Below the pieces are notes generated by a model. The model saw nothing but the letters and a program-made list of their open reading frames with translations, made no database searches and was not told the origin of the DNA. The position numbers and the translations under genes were made by a program. Below are positions 8,201 through 16,816 of a stretch of DNA of 64,000 nucleotides, piece after piece. The number at the start of each line of letters is the position of its first letter. Position 1 is the stretch's first letter. The stretch is from positions 128,001-192,000 of the forward strand of contig OZ250186.1 of assembly GCA_965238275.1 (NCBI GenBank). The letters run 5' to 3'. Origin of the DNA: Nitrosopumilus sp. (GTDB taxonomy: Archaea; Thermoproteota; Nitrososphaeria; Nitrososphaerales; Nitrosopumilaceae).

Positions 8201-10727
8201 TGTCGTTGTCCGGATCAGAGGAACCGGTGCCGTCAAGGGTGACCTGTTCCCCCTCGCTCACGACCTGGTCGGGCCCGGCGTCGGCGTCGGGGGCCTGGTT
8301 GGCCTGGCCCGTCACGGTAATATCAAAGGCGGAGCTCAGCGCGTACTCGTTGACGTCGTTCCCGTCGGTTCCCGCCACGAACATCTTGTCGCCGTCAGAA
8401 GAAAACGCGAGGCCGACGGGGGAGGTATCCTGGTCACTGACTGAAAACGAGTCCGTAAAGTTGGCAGTGGTGATGCTAAAGGGAGTAGACAGCGCGTACT
8501 CGTTGACGTCGCTCCCGGTGGCTCCCACCACGAACATCTTGTCGCCGTCAGAAGAAAACGCGAGGCCGACGGGGGAGGTATCCTGGTCACTGACTGAAAA
8601 CGAGTCCGTAAAGTTGGCAGTGGTGATGCTAAAGGGAGTAGACAGCGCGTACTCGTTGACGTCGCTCCCGGTGGCTCCCACCACGAACATCTTGTCGCCG
8701 TCAGAAGAAAACGCGAGGCCGACGGGGGAGGTATCCTGGTCACTGACTGAAAACGAGTCCGTAAAGTTGGCAGTGGTGATGCTAAAGGGAGTAGACAGCG
8801 CGTACTCGTTGACGTCGCGCCCGAAGAGTCCCGCCACGAGCATCTTGTCGCCGTCAGAAGAAAACGCGAGGCCGGCGGGGAAGGTATCCTGGCCACTGAC
8901 TGAAAACGAGTCCGTAAAGTTGGCAGTGGTGATGCTAAAGGGAGTAGACAGCGCGTACTCGTTGACGTCGCTCCCGGTGGCTCCCACCACGAACATCTTG
9001 TCGCCGTCAGAAGAAAACGCGAGGCCTCGGGGGAGGTCATCTTGGGCACTGACTGAAAACGAGTCCGTGAATACTGCCGTAGAGACGTCAAAGGTGGCCG
9101 CAAACGCGGTGCCGGACGTGTCCTGGACTGCACCCGGATCGATCGTGAGTTCGGGAGTGGTCAGCGCGTTCACGGCGGCGAGTTTGGCAGTAGTCAGCGT
9201 AAAGGAAACGGTGGCCGAGCCCGAAGTGGTGCCAAGCTCCGCTGCAGACAGCGTGACGCCGCCGGTGGACGTGTTTTTCTCCCTTATGTGGAACTTTGTC
9301 GGGTCTATGTCCGTAGACGGCGTGGCGTCTATGATTTCGCTGAACGTTACCGCCAGCACGCCGGTGCCGCGGTCAAGCGTGGCAGAGACAAACGTGGGCG
9401 GCTGGTTGGCCTGGCCCGTCACGGTAATATCAAAGGCGGAGCTCAGCGCGTACTCGTTGACGTCGCGCCCGGTGGCTCCCACCACGAACATCTTGTCGCC
9501 GTCAGAAGAAAACGCGAGGCCGACGGGGGAGGTATCCTGGTCACTGACTGAAAACGAGTCCGTAAAGTTGGCAGTGGTGATGCTAAAGGGAGTAGACAGC
9601 GCGTACTCGTTGACGTCGCGCCCGGTGGCTCCCACCACGAACATCTTGTCGCCGTCAGAAGAAAACGCGAGGCCGACGGGGGAGGTATCCTGGTCACTGA
9701 CTGAAAACGAGTCCGTAAAGTTGGCAGTGGTGATGCTAAAGGGAGTAGACAGCGCGTACTCGTTGACGTCGCTCCCGGTGGCTCCCACCACGAACATCTT
9801 GTCGCCGTCAGAAGAAAACGCGAGGCCGACGGGGGAGGTATCCTGGTCACTGACTGAAAACGAGTCCGTAAAGTTGGCAGTGGTGATGCTAAAGGGAGTA
9901 GACAGCGCGTACTCGTTGACGTCGCGCCCGAAGAGTCCCGCCACGAGCATCTTGTCGCCGTCAGAAGAAAACGCGAGGCCGGCGGGGAAGGTATCCTGGC
10001 CACTGACTGAAAACGAGTCCGTAAAGTTGGCAGTGGTGATGCTAAAGGGAGTAGACAGCGCGTACTCGTTGACGTCGCTCCCGGTGGCTCCCACCACGAA
10101 CATCTTGTCGCCGTCAGAAGAAAACGCGAGGCCTCGGGGGAGGTCATCTTGGGCACTGACTGAAAACGAGTCCGTGAATACTGCCGTAGAGACGTCAAAG
10201 GTGGCCGCAAACGCGGTGCCGGACGTGTCCTGGACTGCACCCGGATCGATCGTGAGTTCGGGAGTGGTCAGCGCGTTCACGGCGGCGAGTTTGGCAGTAG
10301 TCAGCGTAAAGGAAACGGTGGCCGAGCCCGAAGTGGTGCCAAGCTCCGCTGCAGACAGCGTGACGCCGCCGGTGGACGTGTTTTTCTCCCTTATGTGGAA
10401 CTTTGTCGGGTCTATGTCCGTAGACGGCGTGGCGTCTATGATTTCGCTGAACGTTACCGCCAGCACGCCGGTGCCGCGGTCAAGCGTAGCAGAGGAGAAC
10501 GTGGGCGGCGTCTGGGCGTGCGCTTCCATTGGGTAGTCGATGAAGATTATGTCGGCTGCGAGGAATGCCACGGCCACGCATGCCAACGCGACATGCAGCC
10601 AAGCCCTGCGCCTGGTAGAAGATCCTCGTTCCGGATGGGTTGCTGCATAATTTTTATGCCGAAAACTGATATCATAATGGCTATTATGCACCGTAGTTTC
10701 GACGTTATAATGAATCCGGGCGCCCAA
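5250..10727 (-). CDS. Giant secreted/surface protein, 1825 aa: signal/TM segment, 2x[Ig-like domain + five 50-aa beta-propeller-like blades], 3 PKD/REJ-like domains, duplicated C-terminal beta domain
   Basis: Hydrophobic N-region, GLAFSSDGDKMFV blades, ADAGPDQ...VTLDG..SSDPD..LSYSW PKD motifs, two LDFP..INGYGYLL..NTLEPQT domains. Confidence 0.92.
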   Translation of the reverse strand: MGARIHYNVETTVHNSHYDISFRHKNYAATHPERGSSTRRRAWLHVALACVAVAFLAADIIFIDYPMEAHAQTPPTFSSATLDRGTGVLAVTFSEIIDATPSTDIDPTKFHIREKNTSTGGVTLSAAELGTTSGSATVSFTLTTAKLAAVNALTTPELTIDPGAVQDTSGTAFAATFDVSTAVFTDSFSVSAQDDLPRGLAFSSDGDKMFVVGATGSDVNEYALSTPFSITTANFTDSFSVSGQDTFPAGLAFSSDGDKMLVAGLFGRDVNEYALSTPFSITTANFTDSFSVSDQDTSPVGLAFSSDGDKMFVVGATGSDVNEYALSTPFSITTANFTDSFSVSDQDTSPVGLAFSSDGDKMFVVGATGRDVNEYALSTPFSITTANFTDSFSVSDQDTSPVGLAFSSDGDKMFVVGATGRDVNEYALSSAFDITVTGQANQPPTFVSATLDRGTGVLAVTFSEIIDATPSTDIDPTKFHIREKNTSTGGVTLSAAELGTTSGSATVSFTLTTAKLAAVNALTTPELTIDPGAVQDTSGTAFAATFDVSTAVFTDSFSVSAQDDLPRGLAFSSDGDKMFVVGATGSDVNEYALSTPFSITTANFTDSFSVSGQDTFPAGLAFSSDGDKMLVAGLFGRDVNEYALSTPFSITTANFTDSFSVSDQDTSPVGLAFSSDGDKMFVVGATGSDVNEYALSTPFSITTANFTDSFSVSDQDTSPVGLAFSSDGDKMFVVGATGSDVNEYALSTPFSITTANFTDSFSVSDQDTSPVGLAFSSDGDKMFVAGTDGNDVNEYALSSAFDITVTGQANQAPDADAGPDQVVSEGEQVTLDGTGSSDPDNDTLSYSWARTGGLPVILNGPTTASPTFTAPDVETSGGSVTLTLTVDDSNGGTDTDTVTITVNNVVANQAPNADAGPDQAVNEGEQVTLDGTDSSDPDGDTLSYSWARTGGLSVTLNNANTASPTFTAPDVETSGGSVTLTLTVDDSNGGTDTDTVTITVDDVPPPTGNSPVARAGPDQTVRDRPLSDVTVTLDGSASFDPNPGDTLTYLWEQIRGGTVFLSNVNSAVATFTPEMASATPLTFRLTVTDNSAEENTGTDSVTVRIPTQTLTANITADVPVTNSQTVSFGFSFGRDIDRGTLVSAVTATSGTVGAITPSSNAASYDVTVNNLSEGRQTVSIPTRTVTTLEGDTFRAASASVTVDLTDPAVSSARVSGNDGIVVSFSERVTGSTGAADWSVSIVGDGDGGNSITVDDAPDPSGSSSITLGLSGDIPDGKPALTLEYTGSGIRDLAGNSLGTVDNITVSHPSSSKSRQSSVPVLDIHSAIASYLQSIPQEIRDTATSHDPDAPIPPMPADDSLDFPLEINGYGYLLGGIKNTLEPQTIHPGHNVTISFTVYDRVQIVHFTLYMNLHGENDQYSDSDTYVRYDAGTIQIVDPHGLIESATVTIRADGGDKQVITFEITFAGEMDLTNMVARLWNADLSLLTVQVLDAFEVVEAAVEPEPMPAEATALTEPAVEPEPDAEPEPAEITADPKPAAGGFGASEIQTLKAWGGYSPEYADDAEFLGAFGFQGTTVPDYFRNIAKWFIDGTLDRQTLVNALEYFVAIESWEYPGHAAPESLEDPGSATTATAVLDAPADEMTLQDPDDFDESELRILRAWGIHPPEPVDYADDPNAPIPSIIMDGALDFPISINGYGYLLTGTGNTLEPQTVRVGDETSISFAVYGDMPIEVFTMYLNLHGADDQYYDSDTYVRYDRGSVTVTDPHDLVESSAVTIDADGNVQVITFGITFADAMDLTHIVARTSDANRSILTMQVLDAFEAVI
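7720..8300 (-). repeat. Two near-identical 294-bp PKD-domain repeats
   Basis: Direct comparison of the two PKD units; boundaries approximate. Confidence 0.85.
8295..10507 (-). repeat. Intragenic tandem duplication, period 1107 bp, each unit holding five 150-bp repeats
   Basis: Near nucleotide-identical blocks; shadow ORFs are offset by exactly 1107 (8336/9443). Confidence 0.92.
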
Positions 10728-10919
10728 AATGCCAAAGAACCGGTCATTTTTGCCATATTTGGGGCCTCAAGGCACCATTTTAGGATGTTTTTTATCACAT
10801 TATTAATATATATGAGTAACATTAAATGAAATCACGTTGCGTAATAGCCATTATGCAGTCACATTTCGTGATATTGTTACAAACATGGCGCGTTTGGGGG
10901 CAGGCAGGCACCTTGCAGG

Positions 10920-11007
10920 GCAGGTTTGGGGCAGGTTTGGGGCAGGTTTGGGGCAGGTTTGGGGCAGGTTTGGGGCAGGTTTGGGGCAGGTTTGGGGCAG
11001 TTTCGGG
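10920..11007 (+). repeat. Tandem array (GCAGGTTTGGG) x7 plus one degenerate copy
   Basis: Seven perfect 11-bp units at 10920-10996, then GCAGTTTCGGG. Intergenic, between divergent genes. Confidence 0.97.
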
Positions 11008-11074
11008 CCCGGCACCCGGCGCGCCGGGGCACCGGTTTTGATGCGGATTAAATATCTAAAGCAGGTTATGGATA

Positions 11075-12616
11075 GTGATGGGCAGCTGCTATAAGATGCT
11101 GCGCCCCGTGAATGATGACGATTTGGACAAGGCGGATCCAGACGTCGCCACGATCCTGAAGAAACTGCCGCCCGAGGGCCACCTGGACGCGAGCCGGATG
11201 GAACCACGCGGCCGCGACGCGCTTGCGTGGGCGTGTTCCCGCGGCATAATGCGCAGGACAGACTCCGGGGACTGCATGATGAGATTCGAGAGCGTGAAAT
11301 TCTGGATCGCGCAGCTCAACTCGCCGGGCGCCAAGAACATCCGCATCCGCAGGGGCACCAGGCAGTCATACGCGGCCGCGCTCGGGACCTTTGACGAGTG
11401 GTTGCGGGGCCGGAAATTCCCGGTAACGCGGGACGGTGCCGGAGGAGGAGGAGATGGAAAGGCAGGGAATGCGGAGGCGTCATTTTCTGACGTGGGGGAG
11501 ATGCTGCGCTTCTGCCAGAATTCCATCCACGGCGCCCGCGCCGCAAAGCGCGTCGTGCGGGAGTACCTTGCCCACCTTGCGTCTGCCGGATATTCCAAGT
11601 CCACCGCGACGGTGCGCTGCTCTGCGATAAAGTCGTACTTTGCGGTGCACGACGTGCCAGTCGACGTGAAGGTGGGCAAATTCAGGTACGCCCAGGACAA
11701 CGGGAACCCCGAGCTGAGCCTGTCGGACTTTTACAAGATGGTGTATTCGGGAAGCATGGGCCCCATGATGAGGGCCATAACGCTGGTAAAGTTCCAGGCC
11801 GGGCTGGATTCCTCGACGCTTGCCGACCGCTTCAACTTCGAGGCGTACCCCCAGATAGTGAGGCACTTTGGCGTGGAGGACTATGACTCCTGGGACCTGG
11901 ACAAGTGCCCGGTCCCGATAAAACTGACAAGGCTGAAGACCGGCATGCCGTACACCACCTTCATAGACCGCGATGCCGTGTCGCAGCTGCGGGACTACCT
12001 GAGGTGGAAGGAGTCCAGGCACGGCAAGCACGACGGGACGGGGCCGCTGTTCGTGACGCGGCGCGGCACGCCGGTCAGCCCGATCTGGATATCGGTCCGC
12101 TTCTCCAAGGCCGCATCAGACGCGGGCGTGCAAAAAAAGTTCTCGCGCGGCTACTACAGGGTGCGCGCCCACGAGGTGCGCGACCTGTTAAAGTCGACGC
12201 TGGTGGCCGCCGGGTGCGCGCAGTACGCCGCAGACCACGTGCTCGGGCACGCCCCCAAGGACTCCTACGAGAAGCAGGCCACGCTGTACCCCGAGGCGCT
12301 CAGGCGGGAATACTCCAAGGCGTCGGGGTACCTCAACGTGTTTACCAGTTTTGAGAGGTACCTGGAGATGGTGTCGGGCCCGCCGCGGGAAGGTGCTGGC
12401 GGCGGCGGCGGCGGCGGCGGCGGCCAGCCTGCCACAATGCAGCAGCAGCAGCAGCAGCAGCAGCCGCAGGACGCGCAGGCCGCATTCCAGGGGATGGCCT
12501 CTGCCATGTCAGGCATGGCCAGGATAATGCTGCAAAGTCCGGACGTGCCAGACGATCTTGCGCGCGTGCTCAGGGACCTGGAAGGCATCGGGGGACGGGA
12601 CGGCAAACAAGGATGA
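11075..12616 (+). CDS. Tyrosine recombinase/integrase family protein
   Basis: SAM-like N-domain (SY...L..F; SAIKSYF), RLKTG, RAHEVRD, HVLGH...SY. Box I reads GLDSSTL. C-terminal poly-G/poly-Q. Confidence 0.85.
   Translation: MMGSCYKMLRPVNDDDLDKADPDVATILKKLPPEGHLDASRMEPRGRDALAWACSRGIMRRTDSGDCMMRFESVKFWIAQLNSPGAKNIRIRRGTRQSYAAALGTFDEWLRGRKFPVTRDGAGGGGDGKAGNAEASFSDVGEMLRFCQNSIHGARAAKRVVREYLAHLASAGYSKSTATVRCSAIKSYFAVHDVPVDVKVGKFRYAQDNGNPELSLSDFYKMVYSGSMGPMMRAITLVKFQAGLDSSTLADRFNFEAYPQIVRHFGVEDYDSWDLDKCPVPIKLTRLKTGMPYTTFIDRDAVSQLRDYLRWKESRHGKHDGTGPLFVTRRGTPVSPIWISVRFSKAASDAGVQKKFSRGYYRVRAHEVRDLLKSTLVAAGCAQYAADHVLGHAPKDSYEKQATLYPEALRREYSKASGYLNVFTSFERYLEMVSGPPREGAGGGGGGGGGQPATMQQQQQQQQPQDAQAAFQGMASAMSGMARIMLQSPDVPDDLARVLRDLEGIGGRDGKQG
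12398..12463 (+). repeat. In-frame microsatellites (GGC)9 and (CAG)8
   Basis: 12398-12424 and 12440-12463. Confidence 0.95.
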
Positions 12617-12704
12617 GGCAGTTGTTGATATCGCCGGGCCGAATGACACGGGGGGGTTTGAAGCAGTAGCGGCAACGGCGGCGCCTTCAGGCTCCGGCGT
12701 CGTG

Positions 12705-13085
12705 TCAGCGGAGGGGCTGTTTCGCGCAGTCCCGGCGGCCAAACAAAGCGCCGATCCCCGGATCTTGCAGTTTTGCCGGAACCGGGCCGCCGGGCGCTAG
12801 GCTGTTGCCTTTCAGGCGCACGGATTCGCGCATCAGCCAGGTCATGATCGCCGCAGACTGGAGCGTGTCCATTTCTTCTGCGTCAAGGGAGTCCTGCTCC
12901 AGCGCGTCGGCTGCAAGCTGGAATGACTTTCTCATGACCAGGTCGTACTCGCGCCTTCCCATGTCCTTGCCCCTGCAGAACGAGTCGGCGTCGTCCTCGT
13001 ACCCGGGATCGTCGGCGTCGGCGTGCCGCATGATCATGGCCACGTACCGCATCGTCATGCCGTAATTCCAGATTTCATGTCCCAC
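12705..13085 (-). CDS. Hypothetical helical protein
   Basis: Acidic, helical composition; converges on the integrase. Start uncertain. Confidence 0.5.
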   Translation of the reverse strand: MGHEIWNYGMTMRYVAMIMRHADADDPGYEDDADSFCRGKDMGRREYDLVMRKSFQLAADALEQDSLDAEEMDTLQSAAIMTWLMRESVRLKGNSLAPGGPVPAKLQDPGIGALFGRRDCAKQPLR

Positions 13086-13572
13086 ACATTTTACGAAATT
13101 TTGGCAGATTTAAACATGACACGTCACCGCGGCGGCATGGTGCTGTGGCAGGCCTAGTAAATCGACAGTGCCGGAGAGTTTCGCGTCCGGCTCCAAATTC
13201 CGCCTATCTCCGGACGTCATGGGGCAGGCGCACGGGCGTTGCGCGCCGCTTGTCGTCATGGCACCGGCCGCGTGCAGGCATTTCTCTGCGGGTTCAAGGG
13301 GCTGTCCGTGACGGGACGTCCGGCAGACGATATGAGACCGCCCCTTCAGGCGCGACGTGGGCACGCATGTACATGGGGCGCAAGCTGTAAAATTTCCAAA
13401 ACGACTAACGTCATGCTGGCTTGACCCGCATGTAACGACGACCTGGCCATAATTGTTTAAAAACTGCAAGCCCGTGTGGTACGCAATGACCGCAACCTTG
13501 CCGGATCCGGCTGCCAAAATTATAAAAAACTCCGTGAAAAAACAGTGGAAAAACTACGTTTAAACCAAAGGA

Positions 13573-14088
13573 ATGCCAGGAATGATCGTGCACAAATCCG
13601 GCATCGTACTAGTGGGCTCCGGAATGGCAATCATAGCAGGACTGGTTCTCATAACTGTGGGAAACCAGATAGTGTTGGACGGGGTCATTCAGGGCGAGGC
13701 AGACGTCAGTATCGGGGAGCCCCTGATCGTGCAGGGCGGGTTTGACCCGGAGGACGGGCAGAAGGGAATCTTTGCACTGCAGATAATGGAGTTTCAGGAC
13801 GGCGTGTTTCACGCAAGGGTGATTGACCCGCACGGCACCGAGATTGTATCAGAGGAGATCGGCGGCGAGTCCCTCGAGATGGAGTTTGACGTGACAGGTG
13901 ACGGGGAGTACAGGCTGGTCGTGGAGGGGACCAACAGCGTACAGACGCACGTGTTTGGCGCCATAGGACCGCTTCCGGATGCAGGCAAGAAGGCACTCGG
14001 GTTCGTGTCAGTGTACGTGCTGCTTGCAGGCATGGCGGGGCTTGTCGGGGGAGGAGCATACACCCTTTGGAAGAGAAGATCAGTTTAG
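13573..14088 (+). CDS. Membrane protein with two TM helices flanking a GOLD-like beta domain
   Basis: Hydrophobic termini; internal DPHG...FDV...GEYRLVV pattern. Confidence 0.85.
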   Translation: MPGMIVHKSGIVLVGSGMAIIAGLVLITVGNQIVLDGVIQGEADVSIGEPLIVQGGFDPEDGQKGIFALQIMEFQDGVFHARVIDPHGTEIVSEEIGGESLEMEFDVTGDGEYRLVVEGTNSVQTHVFGAIGPLPDAGKKALGFVSVYVLLAGMAGLVGGGAYTLWKRRSV

Positions 14089-14397
14089 GTAGCTGTCCAT
14101 CTTTTCAAGGCCGCTTACGGCCCCATCAAAGTTGTCGCCGTCCTCTATTATGCCGGTGAGTTTTTCGGTGTCTGCAGAGAGGAGATGACTGCCGTCGCCG
14201 TCTGATGATTCCTCGTTTATGAACCCGTGGGCAATCAGGTATGAGAGTCTGTCAAGTACCTCGGACTCGGGGACAGATGCGTGCTCTGCCAGAACGCTGC
14301 ACTCCTTTGCCCCGTCCTCAAGCTCTGCAAGAATTGAGGATGTCACAGGATCAAACATGCAGTTGACCACCTTTTCCCTATCAAAGGACTCGTCCAT
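14080..14397 (-). CDS. Winged-HTH (ArsR-like) protein
   Basis: FDPVTSSILAELEDG.K....LA......SEV..RLSYL...GFI pattern. Confidence 0.85.
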   Translation of the reverse strand: MDESFDREKVVNCMFDPVTSSILAELEDGAKECSVLAEHASVPESEVLDRLSYLIAHGFINEESSDGDGSHLLSADTEKLTGIIEDGDNFDGAVSGLEKMDSYLN

Positions 14398-14849
14398 TCC
14401 AAAGCGGGCTTTTGTGAAATGTATATTTCTTTTCGTTTTTTTCCGGATTTTTTCTAAAATCGGCAGCCGGATCCGGCACGGTTGCAGTCATCGTATCACA
14501 GTTGCTCCGAGGATCTAAAACGTTGGGCGATTGAACCGCGGCAACCTGTCCGATCTTTCCAGCGGTAATTCGCTGCTGGAATCCAGACGCCTTTATGAAT
14601 GCAAATTTGGAAGGCATTGGCTCTGGCATGCCATGCAAGCCACCTCCGCAGCGGTACCAAGTTCGTGCCGTTTCAGGCCATGGCAAGCCACATTCCAAGA
14701 CAATATCCCTGCGACAAATTTTATCGTAAAAACCCTTCAGCGACTTGATGACGTACAGGGATTACAACGCCACGACTCCCGCGGATCCACGTGCTGGAAT
14801 ACATGGTGCGGCTCTTTTTTTTTTCAAAAAACTTTGGCAATCCCTCAGG

Positions 14850-14974
14850 CACGCACCTGATCTTTTTGTACGCCTATGAGTTCCTCCCGTTTTGTTTGAT
14901 CCATGTCGCATCAAAAAACCTACATGGCTTGGTTTGGCCGGTTCAATTTGAAGGAATTTTTTCGTGCCGCTATA
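14850..14974 (-). mobile_element. IS630-like end remnant abutting Yip1 copy 1
   Basis: TA-TAGCGGCACGAAAAAATTCCTTCAAATTG end, matching the remnant at 16098; degenerate MDQTKREEL. Inner boundary approximate. Confidence 0.6.
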
Positions 14975-15641
14975 GGTTAAGCACGAACTCAGAGATGACT
15001 GCCGTAACGAAACCGTGAAACATATTCCCCGCATACATGATCAGTATCGCCAGCACCAAGACCACTGCGGATCTGGCGTACCCGAATCCGTTCAGTATCC
15101 GGATCGCTTTTGCCTGTAGCAGGAGCGTCCACCCGATAAAGAGGAACCCGATGGCAAACTGGAACAAGGAGAAAGGTATACCGTCTCCAGACGTCAGGAT
15201 CAGCCCATCAGAAAGGACAATATCTGGAACTGCGAGGCTGTATAGGCTTTCTGCTGCTGTGACCGCCAGAACCCCCAGTATGCTAGGAACCAAACAGTAC
15301 ACCAATGCCGGAAACGCCCTTCGAAAACTGCGGTTCCCTCCCCACCTTCTTCCAACCCAAAAGATTCCCATAATGGGCAGCATGCCTAGAACGAACCTGA
15401 TAATCAAGCTGTATAGAGTGTCATCCCATGTGATGTCGTTCATCTGATATCCGACGTAGCCCCATGGGAGCAGCACCCCCAGGACAACTGTGGTTGCAAA
15501 TACCGCCACAGACGGCACAAGGTACATGCCAGGATTATCGGATATGCGGCAAAGCGTTGTTCCGGGCCGCGCTATCATGCCGTAAAGTGCCAAGACTGCG
15601 TTTTGCATGCCCCGCCCATTCATGCCAACTGTCATCCACAC
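14970..15641 (-). CDS. Yip1-domain membrane protein, copy 1
   Basis: Five TM segments; P..T...I and GRRWGG..SF...F..L.Y..VP motifs. Confidence 0.85.
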   Translation of the reverse strand: MWMTVGMNGRGMQNAVLALYGMIARPGTTLCRISDNPGMYLVPSVAVFATTVVLGVLLPWGYVGYQMNDITWDDTLYSLIIRFVLGMLPIMGIFWVGRRWGGNRSFRRAFPALVYCLVPSILGVLAVTAAESLYSLAVPDIVLSDGLILTSGDGIPFSLFQFAIGFLFIGWTLLLQAKAIRILNGFGYARSAVVLVLAILIMYAGNMFHGFVTAVISEFVLNL

Positions 15642-15914
15642 ATCACAGCCATCACCGCTTCCCCATGCGCCATGACCGTATAAAGAGTGCCTGTTCCCAA
15701 AAGCGTAACTTCTGGGAATAATGGAACACCAAACAGAAGGGTGGTGTCATATCCGTAATCCATAGATATGATGCTGAAATCACGAAGTCGACTATCTTGA
15801 GACTACGATCTTGACTAACGGTTCTAAATTTAGCGTGTAACCAACATGACTGCGACTAATTTGTTTTTTATTTGAATCGTATTTTTCATCTGCACAAACT
15901 TTTGCTTTTAGCCA

Positions 15915-16098
15915 TATGCTTGTTTTATGCACACAAACCATGTGTACTGCAAGCATTCTTGCACGCACCCGGCAGTCCTTTTCCTTTTTGCACGTCTTTT
16001 CAAGTTCTTCCCGTTTTGTTTGGTCCATGTCGCATCAAAAAATCCACATAGCTTGGTTTGGCCGGTTCAATTTGAAGGAATTTTTTCGTGCCGCTATA
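15915..16098 (-). mobile_element. IS630-like truncated remnant (end plus HTH N-terminus)
   Basis: MDQTKREELEKTCKKEKDCRVRARMLAVHMV resembles IS630 N-termini; the end abuts a TA. Confidence 0.7.
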
Positions 16099-16101
16099 GG
16101 T

Positions 16102-16764
16102 TCAAAGCACGAATTCCAGTATGGCTACCGTAACGGTGCCGTGAAACATATTCCCCGCATACATGATCAGTATCGCCAGCACCAGGACTACTGCGGATCT
16201 GGCGTATCCGAATCCGTTCAGTATCCGGATCGCTTTCGCTTGTAGCAGGAGCGTCCACCCGATAAAGAATAACCTGATGAGAAGCTGGATCGCGGGGAAA
16301 AATATACCGTCTCCAAGCGTCAGGCCCGGTCCATCAGAAAGGACGATCTCTGGAACTGTGAGATGGTATATGCTTCCTGCTGCAGTGGCTGCCAGAACCC
16401 CCAGCATGCTAGGAACCAAGCAGTACGCCAATACCGGAAACGCCCTCCGAAAACTACGGTTTCCGCCCCACCTTCTTCCAACCCAAAAGATTCCCATAAT
16501 GGGCAGCATGCCCAGTACGGAGTTGATAATCAAGGCGTATATCGTGCCATCCCATGTGATGTCGTTCATCGGATATCCAGCGTAGTCAGAGGGGAACAGC
16601 ACGGCCAGGGCAACTGTGGTTGTTGCAAATACCACCACAGACGGCACAAGGTACATGCCAGGATTATCGGATATGCGGCAAAGCGTTGTCCCGGGCCGCA
16701 CTATTATGCCGTAAAGTGCCAAGACTGCGTTTTGCATGCCCCGTCCATCCATACCGACTGTCAT
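16102..16764 (-). CDS. Yip1-domain membrane protein, copy 2
   Basis: Close paralogue of 14970..15641. Confidence 0.85.
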   Translation of the reverse strand: MTVGMDGRGMQNAVLALYGIIVRPGTTLCRISDNPGMYLVPSVVVFATTTVALAVLFPSDYAGYPMNDITWDGTIYALIINSVLGMLPIMGIFWVGRRWGGNRSFRRAFPVLAYCLVPSMLGVLAATAAGSIYHLTVPEIVLSDGPGLTLGDGIFFPAIQLLIRLFFIGWTLLLQAKAIRILNGFGYARSAVVLVLAILIMYAGNMFHGTVTVAILEFVL

Positions 16765-16816
16765 CCACGTATCACAACCATTACCGCTTCCCCATGCGCC
16801 ATAACTGTATAAAGAG

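Larger units (their letters stand above)
13475..14500. repeat. Imperfect ~75-bp inverted repeats (13475-13552 and 14428-14500) with palindromic core GCCGGATCCGGC, enclosing two convergent genes
   Basis: ATGACCGCAACCTTGCCGGATCCGGCTGCCAAAATTATAAAAAACTCCG vs reverse complement ATGACTGCAACCGTGCCGGATCCGGCTGCCGATTTTAGAAAAAATCCG. Confidence 0.85.

Noticed and set aside
8295-10507. 150-bp repeats as a CRISPR array or DGR template/variable pair
   Set aside because: They are in-frame coding repeats without unique spacers. The differences are not adenine-specific, and no cas or reverse transcriptase gene is in the window.
6667-10536. 1289-aa plus-strand ORF
   Set aside because: Antisense shadow of the GC-rich repeat protein; it mirrors its repeats and has no independent motifs.
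10826-11207. ORFs spanning the 11-bp array
   Set aside because: The periodic peptides are by-products of the minisatellite.
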